DNA of 53,656 nt from an uncultured bacterium (lineage in GTDB: Bacteria > RBG-13-61-14 > DRUE01), in contig CAZQJX010000001.1 in NCBI GenBank assembly GCA_964592965.1, positions 1 to 53,656 on the forward strand, given 5' to 3'. The notes beneath the pieces are model-generated. The model was not told where the DNA came from. It was given only the letters and a program-made list of their open reading frames with translations, and did no database searches. Positions 28,780-37,300 of this stretch are shown here, piece by piece. The translations under genes were made by a program, and so were the position numbers. Each line of letters opens with the position of its first letter. Position 1 is the stretch's first letter.

Positions 28780-29792
28780 TTTTTTCGCTTAAACAGCTTT
28801 TGGTAAATTTTATAAAAAATAGTTGATTTAACCTTTTGATGAAAATCCTCCAGCTCGGAAACATAAGCTCGCAAATGTTTTATCTCCTCATCTTTGTCTT
28901 TCAAAACTTGCTTGAGCTGGTCAATTTCTTCTGCTAGCTTTTTAAGCTCACCGTGCTTAAAAATTTCCAGCCACATTCGCATTTTTTCATAATCAGGCTC
29001 TTGGTCAGAGGAGATTTTTGCGATAAGGTCATCAAGGGCTGAAGGGTCGTTTTGGAGAAGCGAGCGAGATGCTACTATGAGATGCCTGTATGCAGGCTCT
29101 GATAAATCCTTCCAGAAAAAATGCTGATTGTAAAAGCGAGTAAGCTCATCTCGGATTTTATCTCCGGAAGGAATTCCCTCAAAAAAATAATAGCAAAGCA
29201 TCATAACAATCCAATTCTCAAGTTTTCCATTGGGGATAATGATGGTATCAAAGCCGAGTTTAACCAGCTCTGATTCAGTCTCAAACAAGCTTGGAGAAGC
29301 TATTTCTAAATGCTCCTTTAAATACAAATGCTCCCAGCCAAGCCACTCCTTGATGAAATCAAAAACTAATCTCTCTGCCTGACGAGCCAGCTTGTATTGA
29401 AAAGGAGCTGATATAAGAACCAGCTCCGCACTCACCCGAGCAAGCTCATTAATGGCAGTATTTCGCTCCTCTGGCAAAAGATGCTCCAAAAGGTCAACAC
29501 TAACCACCACCTTAAATGAGCGGTCAGCAAAAGGAAGTGAAAGCGCATTTGCCCGAACCCAGCGGTCTTTTTTCTCTGCAAGAAGGTCAACAATAAAAAG
29601 TGTGCTGGGCGCAAAAAACCTCTCGCCTATGCCAGGATGACCGCCTACTTCAAGTATTTCCGTTTCAGCTGTGCATAATCCCAATCGCTCCAAAACTTCA
29701 GCGCAAAGCCGATACCGCTGATACTGGTCAAAAGGAAAAGATAAAAGCTCTGGGCTGAGATATTTCATATTCAAAATCCTGCTTTTTATCAT
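28776..29792 (-). CDS. Class I SAM-dependent methyltransferase with a C-terminal coiled coil
   Basis: ILEVGGHPG motif I and VVVSVDLLEHL. The last 60 aa or so are heptad-like (LKKLAEEIDQLKQVLKDKDEEIKHLRAYVSELEDFHQKV). Confidence 0.7.
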   Translation of the reverse strand: MIKSRILNMKYLSPELLSFPFDQYQRYRLCAEVLERLGLCTAETEILEVGGHPGIGERFFAPSTLFIVDLLAEKKDRWVRANALSLPFADRSFKVVVSVDLLEHLLPEERNTAINELARVSAELVLISAPFQYKLARQAERLVFDFIKEWLGWEHLYLKEHLEIASPSLFETESELVKLGFDTIIIPNGKLENWIVMMLCYYFFEGIPSGDKIRDELTRFYNQHFFWKDLSEPAYRHLIVASRSLLQNDPSALDDLIAKISSDQEPDYEKMRMWLEIFKHGELKKLAEEIDQLKQVLKDKDEEIKHLRAYVSELEDFHQKVKSTIFYKIYQKLFKRKK

Positions 29793-29793
29793 T

Positions 29794-30375
29794 TTATCGC
29801 TGGCGAATTATCTTTGCAGGAATTCCGACTGCAATGGTATTTTCAGGAATATCATCCAGCACCACGCTTCCAGCACCGATCACAGCTCCTGAGCCAATTT
29901 TCACCCCAGGAAGAACAATTGCTCCTGCGCCTATCCAGACATCATCACCTATTTCTATTGGCTCGCTTATCTGCTCCTGAAGCTGATGAGGCACTCCTCG
30001 CTCAATACCATGATTAGCGCCAATAATCGCCACCCCAGGTCCCAAGCTTACCTTGTTGCCAATACGAATAGGTGCAGAGACCGCACGAATGGTAGAAAAA
30101 CTGCTGGCAACAAAATCATCGCCAATCTCTATCCATTCAAACCCCATAAAAACAACGAATGGCTCCACTCGGGGATTTTTCCCCACCTTCATTCCTTTTT
30201 TGATCGCATACTCAAGGGAATGATGATGAAAAAATCCTGCCCAGCGAATGAGCGCATCTTCAAGCTCAATGATTTGGGGAGAGGTTTTGCGCTCCTTGAC
30301 GATTTGATAAATCCGATTTAAATCAGGGTCGTCCATCAGACGCTTGAAAAACCTGAGCTTGTCAAAAATCCCCAT
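29794..30375 (-). CDS. Left-handed beta-helix (hexapeptide) O-acetyltransferase
   Basis: Hexapeptide repeats IGDDVWIGAGAIVLPGVKIGSGAVIGAGSVV, then the typical IP.NTIAVGIPAKII ending. Confidence 0.8.
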   Translation of the reverse strand: MGIFDKLRFFKRLMDDPDLNRIYQIVKERKTSPQIIELEDALIRWAGFFHHHSLEYAIKKGMKVGKNPRVEPFVVFMGFEWIEIGDDFVASSFSTIRAVSAPIRIGNKVSLGPGVAIIGANHGIERGVPHQLQEQISEPIEIGDDVWIGAGAIVLPGVKIGSGAVIGAGSVVLDDIPENTIAVGIPAKIIRQR

Positions 30376-32125
30376 CTTTTTCCCCCTGAGTTAGATAGGG
30401 TCTTGACCAAAAAGCAACGCACCAGTCATTGGAGCGCTCGGTTTTGGTCTCAAGAATAAGCCCAACCTTTTTCTCTGCAAATTGCCCAAGGTCAACCATA
30501 AAATCATTCCATTTTCTCTCATCAGGATTGTGTTTGGGGTCAAGATAATGAGAAAAAACCACTTTTTCTTTTCCAAGCCTTGTTTTGACTTTTACCAGAT
30601 ACCAGCATCCCTCTCCAGGCTTATCCCATACATCTGGGCTGAAACTAGCTCCAAAAATCAGCTTGGTATGAGGCTTAATCTCAACCTTCCAGCTCACCCT
30701 GCTCGGTGGGTGAATTAAAATGCTCATTCTATCTTTGCCCCTAACTCGTGTGAGCATAATTTGCACATAACCCTCTCCGCCTTCTTTGATTTTAGCCTTG
30801 TCAAAATTGGCGCAAAGGTCATAATAGCCCTTTGCTCGCTTTCTTGCTGACCAAATCCAACCCCATTTGCGGAATTCTTGGAAAAGCTGGTTGAATTTTT
30901 CATCAGAAAGGTCAGGTAATTTTACACGGGGCTGATAGAAAAAAATAGAAGTAGCAGGTCTTTCTAAAAGCAATCCTTCCCGTCTGCATTTTTCATAAAG
31001 CTCAGTGCCAGGAAATGGCTGAAATATAGAAAGAGAAAGATGGTCTGGGTTGAGAAGCCGGTTAAGCTCCATTGTTTTCTTTATGGTCTTTTCATTATCT
31101 CCTGGCACACCCACCATATTCATACTCCAAGTTTCTAGTCCAAGCTCATCTGCCCATTTGAAAAGCTGAATGATTTGTTCATTGGTCATTTTGCGGTTCA
31201 TTACCTCTTTTCTTATCCGCTCATCACCGCTTTCAACGCCGATAAGAATAGAATAAAGCCCGCTTTCTGCCATCAGCTTTAAAAGCTCATAATCAACTGT
31301 TCCCACCCGAACAAAAATCCTCCAAGGAGTGGAAAAATGCTTTTTGTATTCCTGACAGAACTCCACCACCCATTTTCTTGAGCTGGTAAAAACTTCATCC
31401 ATAAACATTAAAGTTTTTAGCTGGGGATATTGCTGGTGAAGAAGTTTTATTTCCGCAAGCATATTCTCAATTGACCTTCTCCTGTGCCACTTACTTACTC
31501 CACCTGCCAGCTGACTTAAAACCGAATTACAGCAATATGTGCAAGCAAAAGGACAGCCCCTGCTTGCCATTACTGTTATTTGATTATCGTTTTCTTCCAG
31601 AAGGCGAGCCTCATCATAAATTTTCCTGTCAGGAAAAGGAAGCTCATCCAGATTAACAGGCGAGCGAAGCGGATTTAGCTTTATCTGATTATTATCCTTA
31701 AAGCCGAGATTTTTTATCCTTTGAAAATCCCTTTCTTTTTCCAGCGCCTCTACCAGCTCAAGTAGAGGAAATTCTCCCTCTCCCCTGATTAAAAAATCAA
31801 AAACATCTTCTTTGAGCACTTCTTCTGGAACAATGGTCGGATGAATTCCGCCGATGACAATGGGAAGACCAAGAGCGGATTTTACTGCCCTAGCATATCT
31901 TTTCACAAATTGATACTGAAGAGTTGAACAGGAAAAGCCGAGCAGGTGGGGAGAGAATTTCTTTACCTCATAAATAAATTCTTCATCTGTTATTTCTTTT
32001 TCAACATACAAAAGCCCAACCTGATGACCGCTTTGCTTGAGAGTTGCACTTATCCAGCCAATTCCGTGCTGGTAATGATAAATCTGACCAGAGCCAATAT
32101 CTGTATATACCAAAAGTATGCGCAT
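30362..32125 (-). CDS. Class B (B12-binding domain) radical SAM enzyme with an extra C-terminal module
   Basis: N-terminal B12-binding-like fold (MRILLVYTD...LLGFSC...VIGGIHPT...IRGEGE), rSAM CPFACTYC, and a C-terminal module of about 123 aa (30365-30733) shared with two other proteins in the operon. Confidence 0.85.
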   Translation of the reverse strand: MRILLVYTDIGSGQIYHYQHGIGWISATLKQSGHQVGLLYVEKEITDEEFIYEVKKFSPHLLGFSCSTLQYQFVKRYARAVKSALGLPIVIGGIHPTIVPEEVLKEDVFDFLIRGEGEFPLLELVEALEKERDFQRIKNLGFKDNNQIKLNPLRSPVNLDELPFPDRKIYDEARLLEENDNQITVMASRGCPFACTYCCNSVLSQLAGGVSKWHRRRSIENMLAEIKLLHQQYPQLKTLMFMDEVFTSSRKWVVEFCQEYKKHFSTPWRIFVRVGTVDYELLKLMAESGLYSILIGVESGDERIRKEVMNRKMTNEQIIQLFKWADELGLETWSMNMVGVPGDNEKTIKKTMELNRLLNPDHLSLSIFQPFPGTELYEKCRREGLLLERPATSIFFYQPRVKLPDLSDEKFNQLFQEFRKWGWIWSARKRAKGYYDLCANFDKAKIKEGGEGYVQIMLTRVRGKDRMSILIHPPSRVSWKVEIKPHTKLIFGASFSPDVWDKPGEGCWYLVKVKTRLGKEKVVFSHYLDPKHNPDERKWNDFMVDLGQFAEKKVGLILETKTERSNDWCVAFWSRPYLTQGEKDGDF

Positions 32126-33150
32126 TATTCTCTCCTCATATAAAGCCCTATGCAGTCATCGCAGGCAGGACTAAAGCCTTTTTTTAGCATATCCTGCTGA
32201 AATTTTCTTGCTATGTCTTTTTGCCAGATTTCATCAAGAGATTCATCATTAAGATTGCCTAAAATCAATGTGGTTGGTTTTTTTGTTTTTTTATCTTTTT
32301 TCAAAAACCTTACAGGATATCCTAATGCACAGCAGGGACTAGCTTCTCCATTGGCTTTGATAAAAATCTGGTCAATGGGAAAAACCCCGCATCCCCACTG
32401 CCTTTCTTTATGCACCTTTTCAGGGAAAATAACCTCAAGCTCTCCTTTAAATTCCAAGGCAATATCATTGATAAGTTGAAAGAGCGCATCATCAGAAAAA
32501 TCAATATCATAATAGCCTGAATAGGTAATTTCATCTAGGTCTTTGGGAGAAAAAACACCGCCCATCTGCTGAAATAAAATTCCGTCCATTCCCCATTCTA
32601 GCATCTTCTGGGCAAAGGGCTTTAGGTCAAAAAGATAGGATTTTTGCAAAAGGTAGCTGGCATAAATTTTGGGCTTTTTTAGTCCGAGCTGATTTCTTCT
32701 TTTTAGCAAGCTTTTAATTTCTTTTTCTATTTTATCCCAGAACCTTCCTCTTCGCTTTTCATAAACAGCTTTACAAGAAGCATCTATAGAAAAGCAAATA
32801 ACATCCACCTGATTTTCAATAATGGAATTGATTTTTTCTTGGTCAAGTAAAATGCCATTTGAGGTAAAGCTCAAGGTTTGAGAAAACTGAGAGCGAATGA
32901 GCCTGAGCGCTCTTGCAAATTCAGGATGCATAAGAGGCTCGCCCCAGCCAGTAAGGTCAATAGTTTTTAGCTTAGAGATTTGGGGAAGGATTTTTCTAAG
33001 CAGTTCCATTTGCATATTTTGATTTTTGCCTGCACCTTCCCAAGCATTTCTCAGGCAGAACCTACAGGAAAGATTGCAATAACTGGAAAGCTCAAGATTA
33101 ACTGCCCGAAGCTTGGTTAAAGCTTGCGAGTTTTTTTGAGAAAAACTCAT
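32125..33150 (-). CDS. Radical SAM enzyme with a SPASM/twitch-like C-terminal Cys domain
   Basis: CNLSCRFC at residues 25-32. C-terminal WGC-x18-CC ... CDDC. The start overlaps the upstream stop (ATGA) and the stop overlaps the downstream start (TAATG). Confidence 0.8.
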   Translation of the reverse strand: MSFSQKNSQALTKLRAVNLELSSYCNLSCRFCLRNAWEGAGKNQNMQMELLRKILPQISKLKTIDLTGWGEPLMHPEFARALRLIRSQFSQTLSFTSNGILLDQEKINSIIENQVDVICFSIDASCKAVYEKRRGRFWDKIEKEIKSLLKRRNQLGLKKPKIYASYLLQKSYLFDLKPFAQKMLEWGMDGILFQQMGGVFSPKDLDEITYSGYYDIDFSDDALFQLINDIALEFKGELEVIFPEKVHKERQWGCGVFPIDQIFIKANGEASPCCALGYPVRFLKKDKKTKKPTTLILGNLNDESLDEIWQKDIARKFQQDMLKKGFSPACDDCIGLYMRRE

Positions 33151-34199
33151 TCAAATCCACCTCGCAAAAACTCGCTGATGCTCAAAGAATCTCCCAGAGA
33201 ACAGCTCAAACCGCATTTTGGGCAAAGTTGTTTTTGGATTCTTTTCCTTAGCTCCCTAGTAGTTTTGCTCTTCCAGAATTTTTCTGCAGAGACCTGCAAG
33301 AAATTTACCTTTTGCCAGTTGGAAGAAAGCGGGCAGGGAATCCAGCTTCCATCAGAATCAATGACCACTGTTGAATAAAGGCTTAAGCATCTTCTAGTGC
33401 GTCTTTTTCCGCTTAGAATTGAAATCAGGCTTTTATAATGACTTTTATAACCAGCTGGTAGCTTGTTGATAATTTCTTTCAAAAACTCAATGACTGCCTG
33501 CTTTTCGTCTGGAGAAAGGCTTAAGCTTTGAGCAAGCTCTATGTTGCTGTAATACTGGTCCGTTATCTCCACCAGATTAAAAGTTATGCTGGCGCTTTGG
33601 CTTTGGGCAAATTCAAAAATCTCTTTTAGCTGAAAATAATTTCCCTTTTGAATTACGCAGTTAAATCCCAGCTCCAGCCTGTGGCAGGGGAATTCTTCTT
33701 TTAATTTTTTAAACCTGTCTATTGTTTTAATAAGGTTTTCAAAAGCATCTTCTTTTCCACGAATTTTATTATGAGGCTCGCCAATACCATCAAGAGAGAG
33801 ATGAAGAAAAAATCCCTGTTTAGCTGGATTTAGCTTTTGGAGCATCTCTCGGCATCTTAAAATAATTCGCTCCGAATTATAGCCATTGCTTGCCATACCT
33901 AGTATCTGCATTTTGGGAAGGCTTTGATTAAAAACCTCTGTCAGCTCTGCTAAATCTTTGCGCAGGCTCGGCTCCCCGCCAGAAAGCCAGACCACCTCTA
34001 TTTTTTGAAAAAGTTTATTCTTTAAAAGTTCTCTAAGCTCATCTGAGCTAAGCTCTATCTTTTTTTCTGACTTCCATACTCCGCAATGCTGGCAGGCAAG
34101 GTCGCATCGCCGAGTGGGATTGAAAATAAAAAATCTGGGCAGGGGAATAAAAATTCTTCCTGCTCCATAATAAAAAGCAATTTTTACAAGGTCATTCAT
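33147..34199 (-). CDS. Radical SAM enzyme with a SPASM/twitch-like C-terminal Cys domain
   Basis: CDLACQHC. C-terminal RRC-x17-C ... CPKCGLSC. The start is placed at the ATG at 34199, 2 nt after the upstream stop. The track ORF begins at a TTG at 34253 and would overlap by 62 nt. Confidence 0.75.
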   Translation of the reverse strand: MNDLVKIAFYYGAGRIFIPLPRFFIFNPTRRCDLACQHCGVWKSEKKIELSSDELRELLKNKLFQKIEVVWLSGGEPSLRKDLAELTEVFNQSLPKMQILGMASNGYNSERIILRCREMLQKLNPAKQGFFLHLSLDGIGEPHNKIRGKEDAFENLIKTIDRFKKLKEEFPCHRLELGFNCVIQKGNYFQLKEIFEFAQSQSASITFNLVEITDQYYSNIELAQSLSLSPDEKQAVIEFLKEIINKLPAGYKSHYKSLISILSGKRRTRRCLSLYSTVVIDSDGSWIPCPLSSNWQKVNFLQVSAEKFWKSKTTRELRKRIQKQLCPKCGLSCSLGDSLSISEFLRGGFE

Positions 34200-35301
34200 T
34201 TTCTTCAAGGAGCTGGTGGAATTTTTCGTTCTCAAATATGTATCCGCATTCAAGGCAATCGCATTGCTGGGGCGGACCGAGCTGGGGAATTTTAAGCATC
34301 CTATCCCTTATTTTCTGCGCCTCTTCTCCTTTCCATATTTCATAAAAGCTTTTTTCAGTGAGCTTTCCCAAGACCTGCTCGCAGTTGCAACAAGGACGGA
34401 CAGAGCCGTCTGGATATATCATTGCAAACACATATCCTGAATAGCAAGGCAGTTTTTGATAAATATCTCCAGCACGAAGTTTGCCCAGATGCTCATCTTT
34501 GCCAGTAAAGCCAAGATATATGCCTGATTTTTCCGCCAAAGGCTTCAGCTCCTCAATTCTCGCTGAAAATTCCTGATACTCAGCTTCACTAAGAGCATAT
34601 TCTCGCACTGGCTCGCCTGCAAAAGGAAAATCCATAAGAGAAATAAAAGTAAGGGCATCTGCACCTGAGTTTCGGGTAAGCTCAAAAAGCTCTTTTACCT
34701 CAGAATAATTAAATCGGTTAAGAACAGCGGTTAAAGAAATAAAGGGTTTTTTGTTTTGCCGAAATTTAGAAACCTGTTCTATGCCTTCCCACAGCTCATA
34801 AAACTTTTCCTCTCCTATGCCCATCTGCCGGGAATAACTTTTAGAAGTGCCTGCATTTACGCTGATGGAAATTCGGTCAAGACCAATCATACAGATTGCT
34901 CGGGCAAATTGCTTAAGAAGTATGCCATTGGTAACAAGGGCAAGCTCAACATCGGGAAAGTCTCTCCGCAGAAGAAAAAGAAGCGGAATGATGTGCGAGT
35001 AAACAAGAGGCTCTCCGCCTGTTATATGCACTCTTTTAAGCCCGCCCAGCCGATACAGGTCATCAATTAGATGGTCAAGAATTCCGGGATTTAAATCCTT
35101 TGCCTGCTCCAGCCAGCGTGGTGCGAACTTTTGCTTGGCGCTCTTACTCACTGCAAACATCGGACAGAACACACAGCGGGCATTACAGCGGGTGGTAGGA
35201 AGAATCTGTAGGTCCAAAGGACCTTTAAAGACTCTGTGCTGGCTGAGCGCGGTTTTAAGATAGGCTATGCTTTCCTTACTAAACAATCTATCTCTCCCCA
35301 C
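34192..35301 (-). CDS. Radical SAM enzyme with a SPASM-like C-terminal Cys domain
   Basis: CNARCVFC. C-terminal LPC-x17-CCNC ... CDCLEC. The GTG start overlaps the upstream gene by 14 nt. Confidence 0.8.
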   Translation of the reverse strand: MGRDRLFSKESIAYLKTALSQHRVFKGPLDLQILPTTRCNARCVFCPMFAVSKSAKQKFAPRWLEQAKDLNPGILDHLIDDLYRLGGLKRVHITGGEPLVYSHIIPLLFLLRRDFPDVELALVTNGILLKQFARAICMIGLDRISISVNAGTSKSYSRQMGIGEEKFYELWEGIEQVSKFRQNKKPFISLTAVLNRFNYSEVKELFELTRNSGADALTFISLMDFPFAGEPVREYALSEAEYQEFSARIEELKPLAEKSGIYLGFTGKDEHLGKLRAGDIYQKLPCYSGYVFAMIYPDGSVRPCCNCEQVLGKLTEKSFYEIWKGEEAQKIRDRMLKIPQLGPPQQCDCLECGYIFENEKFHQLLEENE

Positions 35302-37078
35302 CTTCTTTTGCCACCAGCAGGGGACTGGAAAATCCAGCAGTGTTGTAAATGTTTTTTTCTGGGTCTTTGGGCTGAGTCTCTAGCTGAAGAAAAATCAATC
35401 CCTGCCAGCTGGAGAGGTCAAGTTTAAAATCAAATACTCCCCTGTCTTGTTTTTTTCCCTGAGCATCAAGGTATTTGGAAAATATCTCTATCAGCTCATT
35501 TGGTTTTTTGCCCAGCCATACTTTAAATATCACTCCTTTGTTCTGCGCCTTTTCATAAACTCCTGGGTGGATAAGTATTCCAAAATTAAGTTCAGCAGGC
35601 TCAGTTAAATTAATCTGATATAAAATTCTTGTTGGTGGATGCATAATCAGCACCCGGTAGACATTTTCATAAATCATCAGGTATTCTTCTCCCCAGTAAT
35701 CAGGCACAGGGGAGAAGATTTCTGCTTGGTCAAGCTCATCAATCAGGTCATAAAGGATTTTTTTATCTTGATATTTTCTTCGCAACCCCTTTTGATAACG
35801 GAAAAATTCGCCCAAGCGAACTAACCTTTGATGCCAGTTGTGAATTTCCTTTGGCGAGAGACTGGGAAATTTCAAGGCGGTCTCTGGAACAAAATAGCCG
35901 TCTTTGATTTGGTCTTTCAAATATCCTTTTTCCAGACAAACCTGATAAAGAGCAGTGCCAGGATAAGGATTAAAAACACTTACCTGCATATGGTCAGGAG
36001 CAAGCCTTCGGTTGAGATTATATGTTGCTAGAGCATCTTCGCTTGTCTCTTCAGGAAGACCAACCATATTAAACGACCATGTCTTAATTCCTGCCTGCTC
36101 CGCTTCTTCAAATGCCTTTATGATTTGCTTTTGTGAGATTCGGCGATTCATTATCTCCCTGCGCACTCGCTCACTTCCGCTCTCAACGCCAATCCTTACC
36201 ATCTCACAGCCAATCTCTTTTAGCTTCTGAAAAATCTCTGCATCAACAGTTCCGCAGTGAACATTTATTCTAAAAGGATATGAAAATCTCTTGGGATACT
36301 TTTCATAAAACTCTTCCAGCCAGGCTCGGTTGAGGGTGAAAATATCATCATTAAAATCCAAGCTTTTAATCTGATAGTTTTTTGAGCAGTTTTCTATTTC
36401 CGCAAGCAGATTATCAACGCTACGAAGCCTCACATACTTTCCCTTTCTTTTATAAAGCTCTTTTTTTGCCTGATTAGCACAATAAGTGCAATCAAATGGA
36501 CAGCCCCTGCCAACAAGAAGGCTCAAGCGCCTGTCATCTCCATCTAAAATCTCCTGATAGTTAAAAACCTCTCGGTCAGGAAAAGGAAGGCTGTCTAGGT
36601 CTGGAATTAATGGTCGGAGCGGATTTTTAATCACCCTGCCCTTCCATTTAATCCATAAATTTTCCACTTCAAGATAAGAGCGGTCTTGCTCAAGAGCTTG
36701 GGCTAGCTCAACAATAGCCTCTTCTCCTTCTCCTCGGCAAACAATATCTATTTCTGGCACAGATATAGTCTCTTCCGGCGCCAAAGTGGCATGCACTCCA
36801 CCGCAGATGATAAGGGTTTTGGGAAAATCCCTTTTTATCCACCGTCCCAATTTCACCAGATACCTGAATTGGTGGCTGGTGGCGCTAAAAGCGATTAAAT
36901 CTGGAGAAAAGCCTTTTATTTTTTCTCTCAGCTCATCTTCATTGGGAAAATGAGAAAGATATAAAAGCCCGCACCTATGCCCCTGTTTTTTCAAAACCGA
37001 AGATAAATATCCTATTCCGTGCTGATAGTGTTTTGGTAAAAAACTGCCTAAATCAGGATATATGAAAAGAATGTTCAT
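35288..37078 (-). CDS. Class B (B12-binding domain) radical SAM enzyme with an extra C-terminal module
   Basis: MNILFIYPD...LIAFSA...ICGGVHAT...CRGEGE, rSAM CPFDCTYC, and a C-terminal module (35291-35662) homologous to those of the 30362-32125 and 37301-38746 proteins. Confidence 0.85.
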   Translation of the reverse strand: MNILFIYPDLGSFLPKHYQHGIGYLSSVLKKQGHRCGLLYLSHFPNEDELREKIKGFSPDLIAFSATSHQFRYLVKLGRWIKRDFPKTLIICGGVHATLAPEETISVPEIDIVCRGEGEEAIVELAQALEQDRSYLEVENLWIKWKGRVIKNPLRPLIPDLDSLPFPDREVFNYQEILDGDDRRLSLLVGRGCPFDCTYCANQAKKELYKRKGKYVRLRSVDNLLAEIENCSKNYQIKSLDFNDDIFTLNRAWLEEFYEKYPKRFSYPFRINVHCGTVDAEIFQKLKEIGCEMVRIGVESGSERVRREIMNRRISQKQIIKAFEEAEQAGIKTWSFNMVGLPEETSEDALATYNLNRRLAPDHMQVSVFNPYPGTALYQVCLEKGYLKDQIKDGYFVPETALKFPSLSPKEIHNWHQRLVRLGEFFRYQKGLRRKYQDKKILYDLIDELDQAEIFSPVPDYWGEEYLMIYENVYRVLIMHPPTRILYQINLTEPAELNFGILIHPGVYEKAQNKGVIFKVWLGKKPNELIEIFSKYLDAQGKKQDRGVFDFKLDLSSWQGLIFLQLETQPKDPEKNIYNTAGFSSPLLVAKEGGER

Positions 37079-37079
37079 C

Positions 37080-37277
37080 TTAGATATGATGCTTCATAAA
37101 GTTCGCTATTGAGCGGTCCCAAGTTGCCTCACCCTCTTTGGTAAAAAAGCAGGCAGGTAGTTCCTTCATTCGCAGATGATAGCGAATGCACTCACAGCAA
37201 ATGCCTTTTCGCTCGCATGGCTCATAAGTGCAGTTGCAGAACTTGAGATTCTTCTCTTTGTTTTTGCACTCTATCAT
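37080..37277 (-). CDS. Small (65 aa) 8-cysteine protein, probably a metal or Fe-S binding accessory protein
   Basis: MIECKNKEKNLKFCNCTYEPCERKGICCECIRYHLRMKELPACFF... A strong SD (AAGGAGGTG) lies 5 nt upstream, and there is a 1-nt gap to the next gene. The CNCTYEPC..KG.CCEC..YH...LPACFF pattern resembles a conserved small Cys-rich DUF family, which I remember as DUF6485 (unverified). Confidence 0.7.
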   Translation of the reverse strand: MIECKNKEKNLKFCNCTYEPCERKGICCECIRYHLRMKELPACFFTKEGEATWDRSIANFMKHHI

Positions 37278-37300
37278 CTTTACACCTCCTTAAAGATTTT

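Noticed and set aside
37080-37277. The 8-Cys 65-aa ORF as a RiPP precursor for the surrounding SPASM rSAM enzymes (ranthipeptide/SCIFF-like).
   Set aside because: Not adopted as the primary call.
- The Cys-rich part is N-terminal, with no leader/core layout.
- It does not resemble the SCIFF C-terminal motif.
- The rSAM enzymes lack RRE-sized N-termini.
- No protease or peptide exporter is present.
- The motif resembles a widespread small DUF family that occurs without rSAM neighbours.

It is kept as an alternative in the finding because I cannot run the search.
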